DNA of 64,000 bases from Candidatus Staskawiczbacteria bacterium (GCA_903835075.1 CAILLM010000003.1:1002-65001), one strand, 5' to 3'. Counted from the first letter of the stretch, positions 55,564 through 63,260 are shown. Notes: generated from the letters alone by a model not told the origin. Made by a program: numbers and translations.

Positions 55564-56952
55564 TTAATTTACAACTTCTATTGTTCCCCTAATCATTCCC
55601 ATGGTGCAAGAGAATCCAAAGGTTCCTACATTTTGTGGAGTAAATTCTTTTACAGAAACCTGCCCCGGAGTTAAATTGATTTCATCATTAAATAAATCCC
55701 TAGAAATAATAGCACCATTACAACCCAAAGAGTTTCCGGCAGTAATTTCCCATTTTACAGGAATTCCAGCTTTTACTTTGAAATAGTTTGGGCTATCTGC
55801 AGATCCTGTGGCTGTCATGGCAATAACCTGAACGCCATTAACAACTGGCGCCAAACCACCTTGCTTTTCCTCGCCGGAGCCTTGCGCGGAGGCGGGTGTT
55901 TGATTTTGATTTAAGTTAACTCCTAAAACCGCAACTTGATTAGACATATTAAATAGCGCGAAAAATATCACTAAAAATCCTGCTACCTTAGAAAATCTTT
56001 CAGCCAAGTGAGGTTTTGAAGAAAGCTTTACGCTTGAAAGTCCAATAAAAAATAATACTGGAATTGTTCCTAGCGCAAAAGCTCCCATTATTAATGCTCC
56101 GCTAATCATATTTCCAGACAATAATGCTAAACTTTGAGCAGTTATTGTAAACCCGCAAGGCAAGAAAAATGTTAACGCTCCCATAACAAACGGCATATAT
56201 TTACCGTGAAAATTATTTTCATTGGCAATTTTTCTTGTGAAACTTTTTGGTGCTGAAAGTTGAAATCTTCTGAAAGCTTTTACTCCAAGCATTTGCAACC
56301 CCAAAGCAATCATTAATAAAGAAATAGCAATAACCAAATATCCTGTAATTTGTGGTGAAATTTGCAATCTGCTACCAATCAAGCCCAAAACTCCACCCAA
56401 AATAATATAAGAGACTAATCTTCCCGCATTAAACATAATATGTGGCTGAAGTTTTTTTGATGTTTTATCATTTTCAGCATAAATGCTATTCCACTGTTTA
56501 GACATTGATAAAACAATTCCTCCAACCAAAGCAGCACAAGAAGACATTCCGGCTAAAAGTCCAAATCCAAAAAATGTAAAAATAGAAGATGTTGAGCTTA
56601 AACTTAAAAAATTAGCAATTCCTAATTTATCTAAAATTAAAAAAGCAATAATTATAAAAATTGCGATATTAAAAGCCACCAACGTTGGGTTGGCGCCCTT
56701 AGTGTCACCACCCGCCTTCGCGTTTTCGTGCTTCGGCGAGGCAAAGTCAGAAAAAGTATAATTCTCTTCTTTAAATAAATGACTTAATTTCTCTGGATTT
56801 GGTCTATCGCCATCAAATTCAATGGTCACTTCACCATTGCCAGTTGAAGCGTCAACTGCTTTTACATTTGGTAAATCCAGTAACTTTTTTTCTATTAAAA
56901 TTTCACACGAGGCGCAATGCATTCCCTTAACTTTATATGTGTGTTCATTCAT
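55564..56952 (-). CDS. HMA domain, TauE/DsbD-like membrane domain and C-terminal cupredoxin-like domain protein
   Basis: 462 aa; MHCASCEILIE, about 7 TM segments, C-terminal GCNGAIISRDL...FSCTMGMIRGTIEV. Confidence 0.7.
   Translation of the reverse strand: MNEHTYKVKGMHCASCEILIEKKLLDLPNVKAVDASTGNGEVTIEFDGDRPNPEKLSHLFKEENYTFSDFASPKHENAKAGGDTKGANPTLVAFNIAIFIIIAFLILDKLGIANFLSLSSTSSIFTFFGFGLLAGMSSCAALVGGIVLSMSKQWNSIYAENDKTSKKLQPHIMFNAGRLVSYIILGGVLGLIGSRLQISPQITGYLVIAISLLMIALGLQMLGVKAFRRFQLSAPKSFTRKIANENNFHGKYMPFVMGALTFFLPCGFTITAQSLALLSGNMISGALIMGAFALGTIPVLFFIGLSSVKLSSKPHLAERFSKVAGFLVIFFALFNMSNQVAVLGVNLNQNQTPASAQGSGEEKQGGLAPVVNGVQVIAMTATGSADSPNYFKVKAGIPVKWEITAGNSLGCNGAIISRDLFNDEINLTPGQVSVKEFTPQNVGTFGFSCTMGMIRGTIEVVN
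55869..55896. repeat. GC hairpin element (variant CCTCGCCGGAGC..GCGGAGGCGGG) in-frame in a CDS
   Basis: Translated within PASAQGSGEEKQGG. Confidence 0.7.
56711..56742. repeat. GC hairpin element, inverted orientation, in-frame in a CDS
   Basis: CCCGCCTTCGCG..CTTCGGCGAGGC is the reverse complement of GCCTCGCCGAAGC..GCGAAGGCGGG; translated within SPKHENAKAGG. Confidence 0.75.
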
Positions 56953-56958
56953 AAATAT

Positions 56959-57100
56959 AGCAAGGCAATTTTTTTTAGCGAGGGAGTTAATTTTCAGCGT
57001 ATTTCAGTACACGAAGTGACTGACGAAGCCATTTAGACGCGAAGCGTATCAATGGCGTTAGCAGAAAATTAATTGCCGAACGAAAAAATTTTATTACCGA
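56959..57100. repeat. Composite GC-rich palindromic element, nested copy (A-type core)
   Basis: AGCAA-GGCAATTTTTTTT-AGCGA-GGGAGTTAATTTTC ... GAAAATTAATTGCC-GAACGA...; near-identical to 12827-12973. Confidence 0.9.
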
Positions 57101-57106
57101 TTATTA

Positions 57107-57382
57107 TTACTTGTTAAATAATTTAGTTACTTTTAAAATTTCGTCAGTCATTTCTTTTTTTCTTTTCTCGTTTTTAGATGCCATAGCATTTTTAAAACAA
57201 GAATTTAAATGACTTTCCATTAGCATTTCGTGAGCAGAACGCAAAAGACCTATAACAGCCAAATTTTGCTGCATAATGTCCATGCAATATTCCCCTTTCT
57301 CGGTCATTTCTATTATTTTAGAAATAGAACCGTGTGCTTTTTTAAAACTAATTAAAGCTTTTTTCCTATTTTCACTTATCAT
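57107..57382 (-). CDS. csoR: CsoR/RcnR-family metal-sensing repressor
   Basis: 91 aa; YCMDIMQQ ... H....C pattern; first gene of the copper run. Confidence 0.8.
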   Translation of the reverse strand: MISENRKKALISFKKAHGSISKIIEMTEKGEYCMDIMQQNLAVIGLLRSAHEMLMESHLNSCFKNAMASKNEKRKKEMTDEILKVTKLFNK

Positions 57383-57389
57383 AATATTT

Positions 57390-57430
57390 CTTCGCCTCGC
57401 CGTAGCTCTTTTAAGGAGCGAAGGCGGGTT
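57390..57430. repeat. GC hairpin element in the csoR leader
   Basis: CTTCGCCTCGCCGTAGCTCTTTTAAGGAGCGAAGGCGGGTT. Confidence 0.8.
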
Positions 57431-57457
57431 ACATATTTATTAATAATTCTATTTATT

Positions 57458-57480
57458 ACCTACACCTATGGTATAGGTCT
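57458..57480. promoter_or_regulatory. Candidate CsoR operator
   Basis: Pseudo-palindrome TACCTACACC-TAT-GGTATAGGTC, 76-98 nt upstream of csoR; resembles the TACC..GGTA type operators known for CsoR proteins. Confidence 0.45.
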
Positions 57481-57517
57481 ATTATATCAGGTTTAAGGAC
57501 CGTGTCAATACCCTAGC

Positions 57518-58726
57518 CTATTTTATAATTCCGCCACCCAACACCTGGTTGCCTTTATAGAAAACTGCTGACTGGCCTGAAGTAATTGCGCGGTCTGATT
57601 TTTTAAAAACTAACTTACCGTCTTTATATAAAGTTGCTTTTTGCAAAGGTGCCCTATAACGCGTGCGAGCATCTACCAGCACTGGAAAAGCTTCTGGTTT
57701 ATTTATCCAATTTATGTTTACAATTTTTGCTTCTTTCACTGCCAAATCTTTTTCTGTACCAACATAAATAATATTTTTCTTTATGTCTTTTTTAACTACA
57801 AAATAAGGTCCGTGCCCATCTTTAATGTCTAAACCATGCCTTTGGCCAATTGTGTAGTAATAAACGCCATCGTGCTTACCTATTTTTCTGCCGTCTAAAG
57901 AAATTATTTCTCCTATTTTTGGCTTTATATACATTTTTAGGAAAGCCTTCATATCAAACTGCCCAATAAAGCAAACCCCTTGGCTGTCTTTTTTCTCAGC
58001 ATTTTCTAATTTAAATTTTTTAGCTAATTTTCTAACTTCCGGCTTTGTAAGCCCACCAATTGGAAATAAGATTTTGTTTAACTGATTTTTCTTAATTGCA
58101 TACAAAAAATATGTTTGATCTTTATTTTGGTCAACAGCCTTTAGCAAGCGAGGCAAAGCAATGGAGCGAGGCAATGAACTTTTTCGAGAAGAAGGTGCCC
58201 CGTAGAGAGGCTCTCCTCGCAGAAAAAGTTTATTGCCGAGCGAAGTTTGCTGGCGGGCGAACGCTAGCGAAGAACTCAGCGCCGAGCGATTTTTGTCGAG
58301 CGTAGTCTGCGCATAGTGGCCAGTTGCCACAAAATCAAAACCTTCTTTCATGGCCCTATCAAAAAAATAACCAAATTTTATAATTTTATTGCACATTACG
58401 TCGGGGTTTGGCGTAATTCCCTTTTTATATGAATCGATCATATATTTGCCCACTTCTGCCTCATATTCTTTAGAATAATCCCAAGTTAAAAAAGGGATTT
58501 GCAATCTAGCACAAGCTCGCATAGCATCCTGCCTGTCTGTTTTCCAAATGCACTCTTTACCTAAAATTTCTGGAGCCCATTGCTTCATATAAATTCCAAC
58601 AACATCAACCTGCCTGCCGGCAGGCAGGGACCAGCCCTTTTTTAGTAGTGCAGCCGAAACTGAGCTGTCTACACCACCAGACATCGCCACGGCAATTCTT
58701 ATTTTTTGTTTACTGCTCTTATGCAT
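57518..58726 (-). CDS. mnmA: tRNA 2-thiouridine(34) synthase MnmA carrying two repeat-derived inserts
   Basis: 402 aa; PP-loop AMSGGVDSS, ATGHYA, KDQTYFLY. Extra ~45 aa lie between the last two motifs. Confidence 0.9.
   Translation of the reverse strand: MHKSSKQKIRIAVAMSGGVDSSVSAALLKKGWSLPAGRQVDVVGIYMKQWAPEILGKECIWKTDRQDAMRACARLQIPFLTWDYSKEYEAEVGKYMIDSYKKGITPNPDVMCNKIIKFGYFFDRAMKEGFDFVATGHYAQTTLDKNRSALSSSLAFARQQTSLGNKLFLRGEPLYGAPSSRKSSLPRSIALPRLLKAVDQNKDQTYFLYAIKKNQLNKILFPIGGLTKPEVRKLAKKFKLENAEKKDSQGVCFIGQFDMKAFLKMYIKPKIGEIISLDGRKIGKHDGVYYYTIGQRHGLDIKDGHGPYFVVKKDIKKNIIYVGTEKDLAVKEAKIVNINWINKPEAFPVLVDARTRYRAPLQKATLYKDGKLVFKKSDRAITSGQSAVFYKGNQVLGGGIIK
58144..58302. repeat. Composite GC-rich palindromic element inserted in-frame in mnmA
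   Basis: AGCAAGCGA-GGCAAAGC..-AGCGA-GGCAATGAACTTTTTC ... GAAAAAGTTTATTGCC-GAGCGA-..GCTGGCGGGCGAACGCTAGCGAAGAACTCAGCGCC-GAGCGA. Confidence 0.85.
58609..58628. repeat. 20-bp perfect GC palindrome in-frame in mnmA
   Basis: CCTGCCTGCCGGCAGGCAGG, translated LPAGRQ. Confidence 0.9.
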
Positions 58727-58728
58727 AT

Positions 58729-59409
58729 TTATCCGTAATATTTTTCTAAATAAAATTTAATAAGTTGTTCAATTTCTGGAATTGCCTCGGGGTCACCAAC
58801 GCCAACTTTTAATTTCTTTTGAACGTCTAATAAAGTTCGTGCTCCTTCTAAAACTGCATCTTCAATGTCATGATCTGTAATGTTTAATCTTTTATCTATA
58901 ACTTTATGCCCCAAAACAATAATTTTTTCGTGTTGCCCCTTGCTTCTAAAATAATTATTAGCAGCTTGCATAAATGCTTTGTCGCACAATACAGAACAAT
59001 GCACTTTTCTAACAGGCAAACCGCCAAGTCGGCTCATTATGTCTTGCGGTTTAATTTTTAGAGCTTGGTCAACTGTCATTCCCCCTTTTTCTGTTACCAT
59101 AACTGAAAACATAGAAGTTGCCGCAATTGCAGAAGCACAACCAAAAGTTCTCCATTTTAGTTTTTTAATTTTGGGGTACCCTTTGGGTCCTTTGGGGTCA
59201 ACTTTGAACCAAATCTTCATTACGTCCCCACATTGAGGCGAGCCAACTTGTCCCTCTGCATCAAACTCACCCTTTTTAGGTAATTTTGCCAAAAAATTAT
59301 GCGGTTTAAAAAAATGGCTTTTAACTATATCCGAATAAATCCACCCCTCACCTGAGTGGGAGCTGGCAACATCTAATTTTTTAATTTTCTTTGTATTTTT
59401 TGTTTTCAT
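58729..59409 (-). CDS. iscU: Fe-S cluster scaffold protein (IscU/NifU N-terminal type with C-terminal extension)
   Basis: Start at ATG 59409; the track ORF starts at a TTG inside the repeat. Cys ligands in QCGDVMK, GCASAIA and HCSVL. Confidence 0.8.
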   Translation of the reverse strand: MKTKNTKKIKKLDVASSHSGEGWIYSDIVKSHFFKPHNFLAKLPKKGEFDAEGQVGSPQCGDVMKIWFKVDPKGPKGYPKIKKLKWRTFGCASAIAATSMFSVMVTEKGGMTVDQALKIKPQDIMSRLGGLPVRKVHCSVLCDKAFMQAANNYFRSKGQHEKIIVLGHKVIDKRLNITDHDIEDAVLEGARTLLDVQKKLKVGVGDPEAIPEIEQLIKFYLEKYYG

Positions 59410-59428
59410 AAATATTATTAATTTGTAA

Positions 59429-59523
59429 TGAGGCAATAAATTTTTTGAAGCGAGGCAGTGAATTCGAAGCGTACCCTGCAGGCCCGCCCTGGGCGGGCCG
59501 AAGCCTGAGTGAGCCCGCGCTGG
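59429..59523. repeat. Composite GC-rich palindromic element, right half missing
   Basis: ..GAGGCAATAAATTTTTTGA-AGCGA-GGCAGTGAATTCGAAGCG...GAGTGAGCCCGCGCTGGA, ending 2 nt from the iscS stop codon. Confidence 0.85.
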
Positions 59524-59524
59524 A

Positions 59525-60808
59525 TTAAACCCTTACATTTACTGGCGAAATTCTTCTTAAATCTGCTACAATTTTTGGTAAAACTTTCAAAACATAATCT
59601 AAATCTTTTTTTGTAGTACTTCTGCCCAAAGTGAAACGCAAATTACCGTTGGCATATTCATATGGCCTTGAAAGGGCTAAAATGACGTGTGAGGGCTCTA
59701 AACTTTGCGAGTCACATGCAGAGCCAGTTGAACAATAAATTCCATATTTATCAAGCCACAAAAGCATTGCCTCTCCTTCAATATCTAAAATAGAAATATT
59801 TATATTATTTGGTAATCGTTTTTGTGCGTGTCCGTTTAGAACAACCTTAGAAACTTTTTTGGAAACTTCTTTTATAAAATAATCTCGCAACTTGGCTTCT
59901 TTTGCAGATTCTTTTCCCGTTGCCTGAGAAATTTCTAAAGCCTTGGCCAAACCAATAATTCCCGAAATATTTTCTGTGCCACTGCGCTTGCCATTTTCTT
60001 GACCGCCCCCAAAAACTATTGGGTCAATTTTGGTACCAGCTTTAACATATAAGACTCCTGTGCCCTTAGGCCCATAAATTTTACTCCCATTTAAAGTTAA
60101 TAGGTCAACTCCTAATTTTTGAACATCTAAATCTAAATAGCCAGCTGCCTGGCAAGCGTCTGTATGAAAATAAATTGGGGTGCTTATATTTCTTTTGAAT
60201 CTATTTGCTCTTATTTCTTTAATAATTTTTCCTATTTCTTCTATTGGCTGAATGGTTCCAATTTCATTATTTGCATACATAATTGAAATCAAAACTGTTT
60301 CATCTGTTATTACTTTTTTAAAGTCTTCTAAAAGTAAAATTCCATCTTTATCAACTTTTGAAGAAGTCACCTTAAAACCCTCTTTTTCTAATTGCTCACA
60401 TGGGTACAAAACCGCATGATGTTCTATATTAGAAGTAATTATATGAGCCGATAAGGCCGAGCTAAATAAATTTTTGGAGGAGGGGTAATCGCCTTGAGGA
60501 CATTCCCCCGACGAGCAAAAATTTGATTTGGCGAGGCCGAGCGAACGCGCGCAGGCTCTCGCCACGCCTAAAATAGCTAAATTATCACTTTCTGTCCCAG
60601 AACCTGTAAAAATTATTTCTTCTGGTTTACAATTTAAAATTTGAGCTATTGATTTTCTAGCTTTTAAAATTGCTGTTTTTGATTCACGGCCTGCTGTGTG
60701 CAAAGATCCTGCATTACCATAAATTTTATTATAATAAGGCTCCATTGCTTTTAACACACGAGAATCTGTTGGAGTTGTAGATGCATTATCTAGGTAAATT
60801 TTATTCAT
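59525..60808 (-). CDS. iscS: Cysteine desulfurase carrying a repeat-derived insert
   Basis: 427 aa; YLDNASTTP, SKIYGPKGTG, STGSACDS. Extra segment RACARSLGLAKSNFCSSGECPQGDYPSSKNLFSSALS precedes HIITSNIEHHAV. Confidence 0.9.
   Translation of the reverse strand: MNKIYLDNASTTPTDSRVLKAMEPYYNKIYGNAGSLHTAGRESKTAILKARKSIAQILNCKPEEIIFTGSGTESDNLAILGVARACARSLGLAKSNFCSSGECPQGDYPSSKNLFSSALSAHIITSNIEHHAVLYPCEQLEKEGFKVTSSKVDKDGILLLEDFKKVITDETVLISIMYANNEIGTIQPIEEIGKIIKEIRANRFKRNISTPIYFHTDACQAAGYLDLDVQKLGVDLLTLNGSKIYGPKGTGVLYVKAGTKIDPIVFGGGQENGKRSGTENISGIIGLAKALEISQATGKESAKEAKLRDYFIKEVSKKVSKVVLNGHAQKRLPNNINISILDIEGEAMLLWLDKYGIYCSTGSACDSQSLEPSHVILALSRPYEYANGNLRFTLGRSTTKKDLDYVLKVLPKIVADLRRISPVNVRV
60445..60566. 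repeat. C-type palindromic element derivative inserted in-frame in iscS
   Basis: Arms AAATAAATTTTTGGAGG / GCAAAAATTTGATTT match the arms of 49431-49549; flanked by GCCGAGC and GGCGAGGCCGAGCGA. Confidence 0.75.
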
Positions 60809-61212
60809 TTTGTTAAACTTGCCAAAGTTATTGAATATAAAGTTTTTGATAAAGATTGCCCTACCTTATCCCAAACATTTTTTGACACACATTTTTTAGC
60901 CTTACTACATAGCACACAATTAACAGGATTTATCTTTCCGTCTATGGTTTCCACTATAATTCCTGCGGTAATTAGTTTCGATGATTTTGCCAAATAATAA
61001 CCACCATTAGCGCCGTGTATGGATGAAACTAACCCTGCTTTCTCTAAACAGCTAAAAATTTTACTTAAAAATTCAAAAGGCACTTCTTCAATATTCGAAA
61101 TTTGTCTTATAGAAACAGCCTTTTTACCGTGCCTACCGGCAGGCAGTCTTTTATTACGGGCGAGATGCACCATTGCAGTAAGTCCATATTCGGCTTTTTT
61201 TGATATTTTCAT
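60805..61212 (-). CDS. Rrf2-family (IscR-like) transcriptional regulator
   Basis: 135 aa; wHTH N-terminus, C-x2-C-x5-C cluster-ligand-like motif, 4-nt overlap with iscS; contains an LPAGRH insert. Confidence 0.8.
   Translation of the reverse strand: MKISKKAEYGLTAMVHLARNKRLPAGRHGKKAVSIRQISNIEEVPFEFLSKIFSCLEKAGLVSSIHGANGGYYLAKSSKLITAGIIVETIDGKINPVNCVLCSKAKKCVSKNVWDKVGQSLSKTLYSITLASLTK
61130..61145. repeat. GC palindrome (short variant) in-frame in the Rrf2 gene
   Basis: TGCCTACCGGCAGGCA, translated LPAGRH. Confidence 0.8.
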
Positions 61213-61237
61213 ATTATTATTTTTGTATTATTATCCT

Positions 61238-61264
61238 CATAACCGACTAAATTAGTCGGTTATG
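61238..61264. promoter_or_regulatory. Perfect 13-1-13 palindrome, candidate Rrf2/IscR operator
   Basis: CATAACCGACTAA-A-TTAGTCGGTTATG, 26-52 nt upstream of the Rrf2 start codon. Confidence 0.55.
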
Positions 61265-61273
61265 ATTAATATA

Positions 61274-61303
61274 ACAAAATAAATACGCCCCGTCAAGGGC
61301 GTA
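61274..61303 (-). terminator. Rho-independent terminator after the NUDIX gene
   Basis: TACGCCC-CGTCAA-GGGCGTA with a T-rich tract on the minus strand. Confidence 0.6.
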
Positions 61304-61330
61304 CTTATGATAATAAATGTACCAAAAACT

Positions 61331-61792
61331 TTAACCTTCTAAAACCTTTAAATCATGATCCAATATTTTATCATCTTCCCCAAAAACAAAACTTGCTTCT
61401 ACTTTTTTCCCTTGCAAAACATGGGGCATCCAGTGAGCGTCATCTGGCCACATTTCTTGATATGGGATTTCGTTATGTGAAAACCATTTTGGCATCATTT
61501 CCTCAGATTCTGCTGGCTCACCAACCCATTCTTTAGCCACAAATAATGTGACTCCTTGATTCCACATTGGCTTATCTGCAAATTTAAAATCAAAAAATCC
61601 ATATTTTTCAATATTTTTCACATCAACACCAATTTCTTCTTTGGCTTCGCGAATTGCAGCATCAATGATTTTTTCTCCAAATTCAACTTTTCCACCCACC
61701 CCATTCCATTTACCAACACCAAACCCTCTTTTTTTCATAGCTAAAAGAATTTTATCATCTTTAACTAATAAACAAAGGGTTGCTTGTTTCAT
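61331..61792 (-). CDS. NUDIX hydrolase (MutT-like)
   Basis: 153 aa; Nudix box GGKVEFGEKIIDAAIREAKEEIGV. Confidence 0.85.
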   Translation of the reverse strand: MKQATLCLLVKDDKILLAMKKRGFGVGKWNGVGGKVEFGEKIIDAAIREAKEEIGVDVKNIEKYGFFDFKFADKPMWNQGVTLFVAKEWVGEPAESEEMMPKWFSHNEIPYQEMWPDDAHWMPHVLQGKKVEASFVFGEDDKILDHDLKVLEG

Positions 61793-61795
61793 AAA

Positions 61796-62038
61796 TTATT
61801 GGTTTATTTCAGTTGATTTTTCCTTAGCAAAATAAAAAATGTAAATTATTTTCAATATACCGATTGTGTTTAAAACTAACAAAGCTATAAACCATGACTT
61901 ACTACCATTCTTAGCAGCTTTCCACAAAGCAATTCCCTTCCAAATTATCACCCAGACTACCAATAGTATAATACCCATCATGAATTTTGGATCTTCCAAC
62001 TGCTTTACAAAAATTGTTAGTTGTTGTTCTTGTGTCAT
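61796..62038 (-). CDS. DUF5652-type small membrane protein
   Basis: 80 aa; WKGIALWKAAKNGSKSWFIALLVLNTIGIL. Confidence 0.6.
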   Translation of the reverse strand: MTQEQQLTIFVKQLEDPKFMMGIILLVVWVIIWKGIALWKAAKNGSKSWFIALLVLNTIGILKIIYIFYFAKEKSTEINQ

Positions 62039-62062
62039 ATATGTTAATAGCTTAGCGAATAT

Positions 62063-62560
62063 TTACCGATATTTATTTATTTCATATCCTGCAATCCCAA
62101 AGGATACCGAAACGTTTAACGACTCTTTTTGCCCCGACATTGGCAAAAATATTATTTTATCTGATTTTTTTAATATTGCTCTAGAAACGCCCTTAACTTC
62201 ATTTCCTAAAATTAATGCCAAGGGAAATTTAGGCTTTAACTTTAAATAATTTATAGCTTTCTTACCCGCCTGCCGAGCTGGCAGATCTTGCTCCAATGCT
62301 ACTATATTTATTTTACTCCTTTTTAATTTGTCTATCAACTTGTTGATGTTTTTACAATGCTCAAAAGAAACTGTTTTTTCAGCACCTAAAGCTGTTTTAG
62401 CTATTTTTTTGTGAAGCCCTTCTTCCCAAGTTGGCACCTGCCCAGTTATTCCACACAAAAAAATTTTAGTTACACCAAGAGCATCGGAAGTTCTAAAAAT
62501 AGAACCCACATTTTCTAAACTTCTAATATTGTCACAAATCACATAAAATTCCTTTTCCAT
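62063..62560 (-). CDS. SpoU/TrmH-family RNA 2'-O-methyltransferase
   Basis: 165 aa; ENVGSIFRTSDALG, LGNEVKGVS, SLNVSVSFGI; contains an LPARQAG insert. Confidence 0.8.
   Translation of the reverse strand: MEKEFYVICDNIRSLENVGSIFRTSDALGVTKIFLCGITGQVPTWEEGLHKKIAKTALGAEKTVSFEHCKNINKLIDKLKRSKINIVALEQDLPARQAGKKAINYLKLKPKFPLALILGNEVKGVSRAILKKSDKIIFLPMSGQKESLNVSVSFGIAGYEINKYR
62268..62284. repeat. GC hairpin variant in-frame in the SpoU gene
   Basis: CTGCC-GAGCT-GGCAG context, translated LPARQAG. Confidence 0.7.
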
Positions 62561-62584
62561 TACTCAATATTATACTTTTAGCAC

Positions 62585-62609
62585 TAAAAAACAACCCTTA
62601 GGGCTGTTT
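62585..62609 (-). terminator. Rho-independent terminator after the sod gene
   Basis: AACAGCCC-TAA-GGGTTGTT plus a T-run on the minus strand. Confidence 0.6.
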
Positions 62610-62619
62610 TAAAATAAAA

Positions 62620-63249
62620 CTATTTTTCAGAGAAGCGTTTTTCTACTTCTGGCCAATTTACAACATTCCACCAAGCTTTTAAGTAATCTGCTCGGACATT
62701 TTTGTATTGCAAGTAATAGGCGTGTTCCCAAACATCGTTAGCTAAAATTGGAGTTTTTCCATTACTAATTGGATTTTCTTGGTTGGCTGTTGAAATAATT
62801 TCTAATTTACCTGAAGCATCTTTAACTAGCCACACCCAACCCGAACCAAACCTTTTCAACCCTTCGTCATTAAACTTTTGCTGAAATTCTGCAAAGCTTC
62901 CAAATTGATTTTTTATTTCTTCTGCTAATTTACCAGATGGCTCTCCTGCCTGCGCAGGCAGGCCTCCGGCGCTTGGTGACATTATTTCCCAAAACATTGA
63001 ATGGTTAACGTGCCCACCAGCATTATTTATAACTGCTGTACGAATATCTTCTGGGATGCTTTCTAAATTAATCAATAATTCTTCTGCGGTTCTTTCAAAT
63101 AATTCTGGATTTTTTTCAATAACTGCATTTAAGTTATTAACATATGTTGCATGATGCTTATCATGATGCAGCTTCATTATTTCTTCTGAAATATAAGGTT
63201 CTAAAGCATCATATGCATATGGCAATGCTGGTAATATATATTTTTCCAT
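62620..63249 (-). CDS. Fe/Mn superoxide dismutase with a 6-aa palindrome-encoded insert
   Basis: 209 aa; [14 protein letters not shown]; loop [18 protein letters not shown]. Confidence 0.92.
   Translation of the reverse strand: MEKYILPALPYAYDALEPYISEEIMKLHHDKHHATYVNNLNAVIEKNPELFERTAEELLINLESIPEDIRTAVINNAGGHVNHSMFWEIMSPSAGGLPAQAGEPSGKLAEEIKNQFGSFAEFQQKFNDEGLKRFGSGWVWLVKDASGKLEIISTANQENPISNGKTPILANDVWEHAYYLQYKNVRADYLKAWWNVVNWPEVEKRFSEK
62945..62962. repeat. 18-bp perfect GC palindrome in-frame in the sod gene
   Basis: CCTGCCTGCGCAGGCAGG, six codons LPAQAG. Confidence 0.9.
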
Positions 63250-63260
63250 AAGTTTATTTT

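Noticed and set aside
5032-62962. Possibility that the recurring GC-rich palindromes are a CRISPR array or arrays
   Set aside because: The copies are dispersed over 58 kb with irregular spacing, lie between or inside genes, differ in length (18 to ~150 bp) and have no repeat-spacer periodicity. No cas genes are present; the Cas2-like fold of the PaaX-like proteins is only a distant structural relationship.
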